From the NCBI GenBank assembly GCA_044222185.1, contig JBGANV010000008.1:1-64000 (forward strand): 64,000 nucleotides of DNA, written 5' to 3'. This document shows positions 60,708 to 64,000 of this stretch, piece by piece. The translations under genes were made by a program, and so were the position numbers. Every line of letters starts with the position of its first letter. Within the stretch, counting starts at the first letter, position 1. The DNA comes from Planctomycetota bacterium (GTDB taxonomy: Bacteria > Planctomycetota > GCA-002687715 > CAIWVZ01). A model generated the notes under the pieces. The model was not told the origin of the DNA and searched no databases. It saw only the letters and a program-made list of their open reading frames with translations.

Positions 60708-61685
60708 TCAGGCACCATGTCGATCGAAAGCCTCGTAGAGGTCGTCCAGAAGCGCCGACCCGCGCGCGAGCCGCGCCTCATCTTCTTTCTGCGTGAGTGC
60801 GATTCCGTTGATCATGCGCTCGAAGCCCGCCGTCTCCGGGCGACCATACTTCGAATCCTTCAGATCGATGTCGTGGATGATCTCGGCGATCGTCCGTAGC
60901 GCCGCATCGTCGAGCGCGAAGTCCCGAACGAGAACCTCGAACGTGCAGAGGTCTCCGTCATGCGTGAACTCGCCATCGAACATGTCGAAGCGCAGCTCAC
61001 CCGCCTCGGGGGCGTGAGCCTTTCCTGGGACGAAGCGGAACCGCGCATCGGCGTCGATGAACCGCTTGATGAGCCAGGCGCTCGCGATCCGGTCGACGTG
61101 GATGCCTCTTCGCGTGACCCAGATACGCCCCACGAACTGGTCCCGCCGCTCGGCGACGGATCGGGCGGCCGCCGGGACCTCGGGGTCGCGAAGTCGAGCC
61201 TCGAGGCGATCGATGGCCTGCGCCGTCGCGGCACGGCGCTCGGTCTGGAAGAAGTCGAGCTTCTCGACCTCGCCAAGCCGGCGGCGCAACCGCAGCACGT
61301 CAGTCTCGACGTTCGATCGCAGGCGTGACTCGTGCACTGGCCCCGGCGGCAGCGTCGACGCAAGCTGCGTGGCTTCGTCCGCGAGTGCCGCGTAATCCGC
61401 TTCGCGCGCCGCGATGAAGAGCTGCTCGACCTGCTCGTCCGTGAGTCCGTCGACGAACCGTGCCTCACAGATCATGGCGTCACCGCCACTGCGCGTGATC
61501 TCCTGGTAGACCCACTGGAAGTCCTCGAGCGACTGCTCGCTCTTCGGGAGGACATAGACCGAGTTCTTGACCGGGACGGCGCCGACGCCCTGGAGCCGCC
61601 GCCAGATCTTCACCCGGAAGTAGGCAGGCTTGGGCGGGATCCGATGGATGAGGAGGAGCCACCGCGGTGAATTCACGTCCTGCAC
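60708..61685 (-). CDS. chrB: ChrB family protein (chromate-sensing regulator-like)
   Basis: WLLLIHRIPPKPAY.RVKIWRRL, KNSVY.LP, EDF.W, WVTR...HVDRIASAWLI.RF.D, FD......FTH.GD.CTFE, H.IDLKD. Confidence 0.9.
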   Translation of the reverse strand: MQDVNSPRWLLLIHRIPPKPAYFRVKIWRRLQGVGAVPVKNSVYVLPKSEQSLEDFQWVYQEITRSGGDAMICEARFVDGLTDEQVEQLFIAAREADYAALADEATQLASTLPPGPVHESRLRSNVETDVLRLRRRLGEVEKLDFFQTERRAATAQAIDRLEARLRDPEVPAAARSVAERRDQFVGRIWVTRRGIHVDRIASAWLIKRFIDADARFRFVPGKAHAPEAGELRFDMFDGEFTHDGDLCTFEVLVRDFALDDAALRTIAEIIHDIDLKDSKYGRPETAGFERMINGIALTQKEDEARLARGSALLDDLYEAFDRHGA

Positions 61686-62137
61686 GGGAACTCCCGGGAC
61701 GTGGCGCGCACCGTGCCTTCGAGCATGAAACTCAACGTTGCCTCCGCTCCCCGACGGTCACGACGTGGCGGCTTCCGAGCGGAAGGCCGCGCCCGACGGT
61801 GGGGCGATCATCCACGGCGCGTCACCGCATGCAAGCGCCGCACCGAAGGCCACTCGGCAGCGCCGGCGCGCCGCGGATGGCCCGGCGGCGCCTTGCACCG
61901 GGACGAAACCGCCCGCGGATACAACTGTGTCGGCGGATCGACTTTCTCTCGCAGGTCCGGCCTGGAACACCCGAATCACGTCGCCGCGCAGGCGACGAAC
62001 TCGCGGGGCGGATCGCGCGCCGGCGAGCCGCCGCAACCCGTTCGCAACGACACGGCTGCGGGACTCGGCCTCGCGTTTCCCGTCACGCGGCGGTGACGGA
62101 TTCGTCAGACCGCCGCGGTCCTGCACCGGCGGCCAGA

Positions 62138-64000
62138 TCAGACCGACAAGAACTCGCTCGTGGTCGTCCAGCCGGTCGGAAGGAGCAACGTGAGCGCGCC
62201 AGCCGCCGGCGTGAGGCCGGTGAGCGACGTCACGTTGAATCCCGTGGGCTGGATCACGATCCGATTGCCGACGGCAGCCGTCATCACCACGCCACTGAGT
62301 CCGAAACCCGGCACGAGGTTGAACGTCGTGCGCCGCGCGCCGAAGGACGGCGGGATCGCGACGGCCGAACCGCCCGCATCGTGGAACGTCGCCGGGAGCA
62401 GTGCCGGGAAGTCCGGAACGAACACGGACTGCTGGTAGGGCGTCGGCGCGGGCGTCACCTGCCCCAGTTCACCCAGCGGCGCGACGAGGATCGACGCTGC
62501 GCCGAAGGGGAACACGTTGCCCGCGAACGCCAGGCTGCCCAGGAACGCCGCCGGCGCCGCCTCGCGCGGCTTCCACACGGACGGCAGGATGATGGACTGA
62601 TTCGGCGCGACCGGGTTTGCGACGACCGTGTGCGGGCTGTCGAACTCGTTCAGCAGCACGCCCGCGGGCACGTCCAACACCTCGATGCCAGGGACGCCGG
62701 GATTGCCCACTCCCCCGAAATGGCTCGTGGCCGCGATCACGCGGGTTCCGTCGGGTGTCCACAGAGGTCGGTCCATGCCGCGTGTGCTGACTCGTCCCCC
62801 GAGCGGGCCCGGTGTCACGAGGATGCCCGCCGGAGTTCCCGCGCCCAACGGATCGAGCGGCGAGTAGATGATGTTGATGCGCTCCGACCCGTCCGGAGGC
62901 GTGGAGATGAAGGGAGGGCCCATGCTGCTCTCGAACGCGATGCGATGACCGCGGATCTCCGGAATCCCGAACGGCTCGCCGCAGAGGTTCCCACATGGGA
63001 GGTTCACGATGCTCGGCAGCGCGTTGCCGAGGAACCGAATCACGCCGACCGCCGCCGGTCGAATGAAGAACGCCGACAGCGAGGGATCGCGGAGCAGGTA
63101 GTAGACGTACGAATCGGTTCCGTTCGAGCTGACGGCCAGTTCCTCGCAGCCCGTCGCGGGAACGTACGACCGAGGCGGCGTCAAGATGGGAATGGTGCCG
63201 AACGTGCCGTTGCCGACGGGGCCAGCGGCGGTCCAGGCCTGGTACCCGGCCGCCACCGTCACGCCTGCGGCCGTGAACGTGGACGTTCCCACGATCCACG
63301 TGCGGACGCCGCCGCGCATGAACGACGCCGGGTTCGTCGTCGCAGTGCCGGTCGTCCCGATGAACGTCGCGACCGTCATCTGCGGCGGCGCGGCAGCCAG
63401 TTGAATCACGTGGATTCCGGTTTCCGTGGCCACGTGCAGTTGCGCCGCGCTCACGTCGACGCCGATCCGATTCACGTGGGCGGCGGGGATCCCAGCGAGC
63501 GTCACGCTTCCGGGCGCGAGCGGGAGCAGCTGGCCCGGTGTCGCGTAGGACCAGCCGCGGACGGTCGTCCCGCCCGATCCGTTGTCCTCCGCCGTGAAGA
63601 CGAATTGCAGTGAGTCGACGACGGCCGCGTCGTAACCCGGCGGATTGCCACCGGCCACGGTGAATGCGGTACCCGTACGCGCGTCGAAGACGTGAAGTCC
63701 CCCGTTTCCGAGGGCGTTGCCCATGGGAGTGAACGTGCAGATCGCGGACGGCGCGTATGCGATCTGGGTCTCGAGTGCTCCGAGGGTGCGGCGACGATGA
63801 GCCCATCGTGACGGCACGTTGTTGAACGACGCGCCGATCGGGATCGGGGTCGCGGACGCAGCGAGAGCCACACCGTAGAGCTGGGACGTTCCCGCCGGCG
63901 ACGTGGCGTAGAAGACGTCGAACCCGCGGACGCCCGTGGGTTCGAGCTGCTGGCCGTGCGCCAGAAGCGTCAGCACGGTCCAAAGGACTGCAAAGCGGAC
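62138..64000 (-). CDS. Exported Gly/Pro/Thr-rich beta-propeller-like protein (5' truncated by window edge)
   Basis: Frame open to the edge (VRFAVLWTVLTLLAHG-Q looks like the end of a signal peptide); WTPDG..V.A blade motif. Confidence 0.7.
   Translation of the reverse strand, partial: VRFAVLWTVLTLLAHGQQLEPTGVRGFDVFYATSPAGTSQLYGVALAASATPIPIGASFNNVPSRWAHRRRTLGALETQIAYAPSAICTFTPMGNALGNGGLHVFDARTGTAFTVAGGNPPGYDAAVVDSLQFVFTAEDNGSGGTTVRGWSYATPGQLLPLAPGSVTLAGIPAAHVNRIGVDVSAAQLHVATETGIHVIQLAAAPPQMTVATFIGTTGTATTNPASFMRGGVRTWIVGTSTFTAAGVTVAAGYQAWTAAGPVGNGTFGTIPILTPPRSYVPATGCEELAVSSNGTDSYVYYLLRDPSLSAFFIRPAAVGVIRFLGNALPSIVNLPCGNLCGEPFGIPEIRGHRIAFESSMGPPFISTPPDGSERINIIYSPLDPLGAGTPAGILVTPGPLGGRVSTRGMDRPLWTPDGTRVIAATSHFGGVGNPGVPGIEVLDVPAGVLLNEFDSPHTVVANPVAPNQSIILPSVWKPREAAPAAFLGSLAFAGNVFPFGAASILVAPLGELGQVTPAPTPYQQSVFVPDFPALLPATFHDAGGSAVAIPPSFGARRTTFNLVPGFGLSGVVMTAAVGNRIVIQPTGFNVTSLTGLTPAAGALTLLLPTGWTTTSEFLSV

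Noticed and set aside
62138-62500. C-terminus of the last exported protein as another copy of the terminal module
   Set aside because: Composition is similar but none of the conserved motifs align by eye.

Overview
High-GC (visually about 68-70%) bacterial window, very probably Planctomycetota: it has a cytochrome c-DUF1549-DUF1553 plus DUF1501 pair, a sulfatase, ECF sigma factors and a Ser/Thr kinase-FGE fusion. The left end (<1-3570) looks like the tail of an element integrated at the 3' end of tRNA-Arg(CCT). It carries a tyrosine recombinase, a lower-GC ABC-ATPase-TOPRIM (OLD/PARIS-like) nuclease and a membrane-anchored phage tail-collar protein. The rest is chromosomal: M20 and M28 peptidases, a flavin amine oxidase, an arylsulfatase, a KAP-like ATPase, prfC, an AlgI/SGNH pair, an ExbB-like gene, an ApbE-DUF2271/PepSY module, an ECF-kinase pair next to five exported-protein genes, a moxR-DUF58-batA-E operon, glycosyltransferases and a chrB locus without chrA. 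The best leads are: (1) a shared, apparently unannotated ~100-135 aa terminal module on unrelated exported proteins, a possible sorting or anchoring signal; (2) a dispersed structured intergenic repeat of about 250 bp at three loci, always just 3' of a stop codon in the same transcript orientation, with a compensatory base change; (3) the two-gene cargo of the tRNA island; (4) a recurrent [S/T][R/Q]P linker motif in envelope proteins. All calls come from motif recognition by eye; no searches were run.
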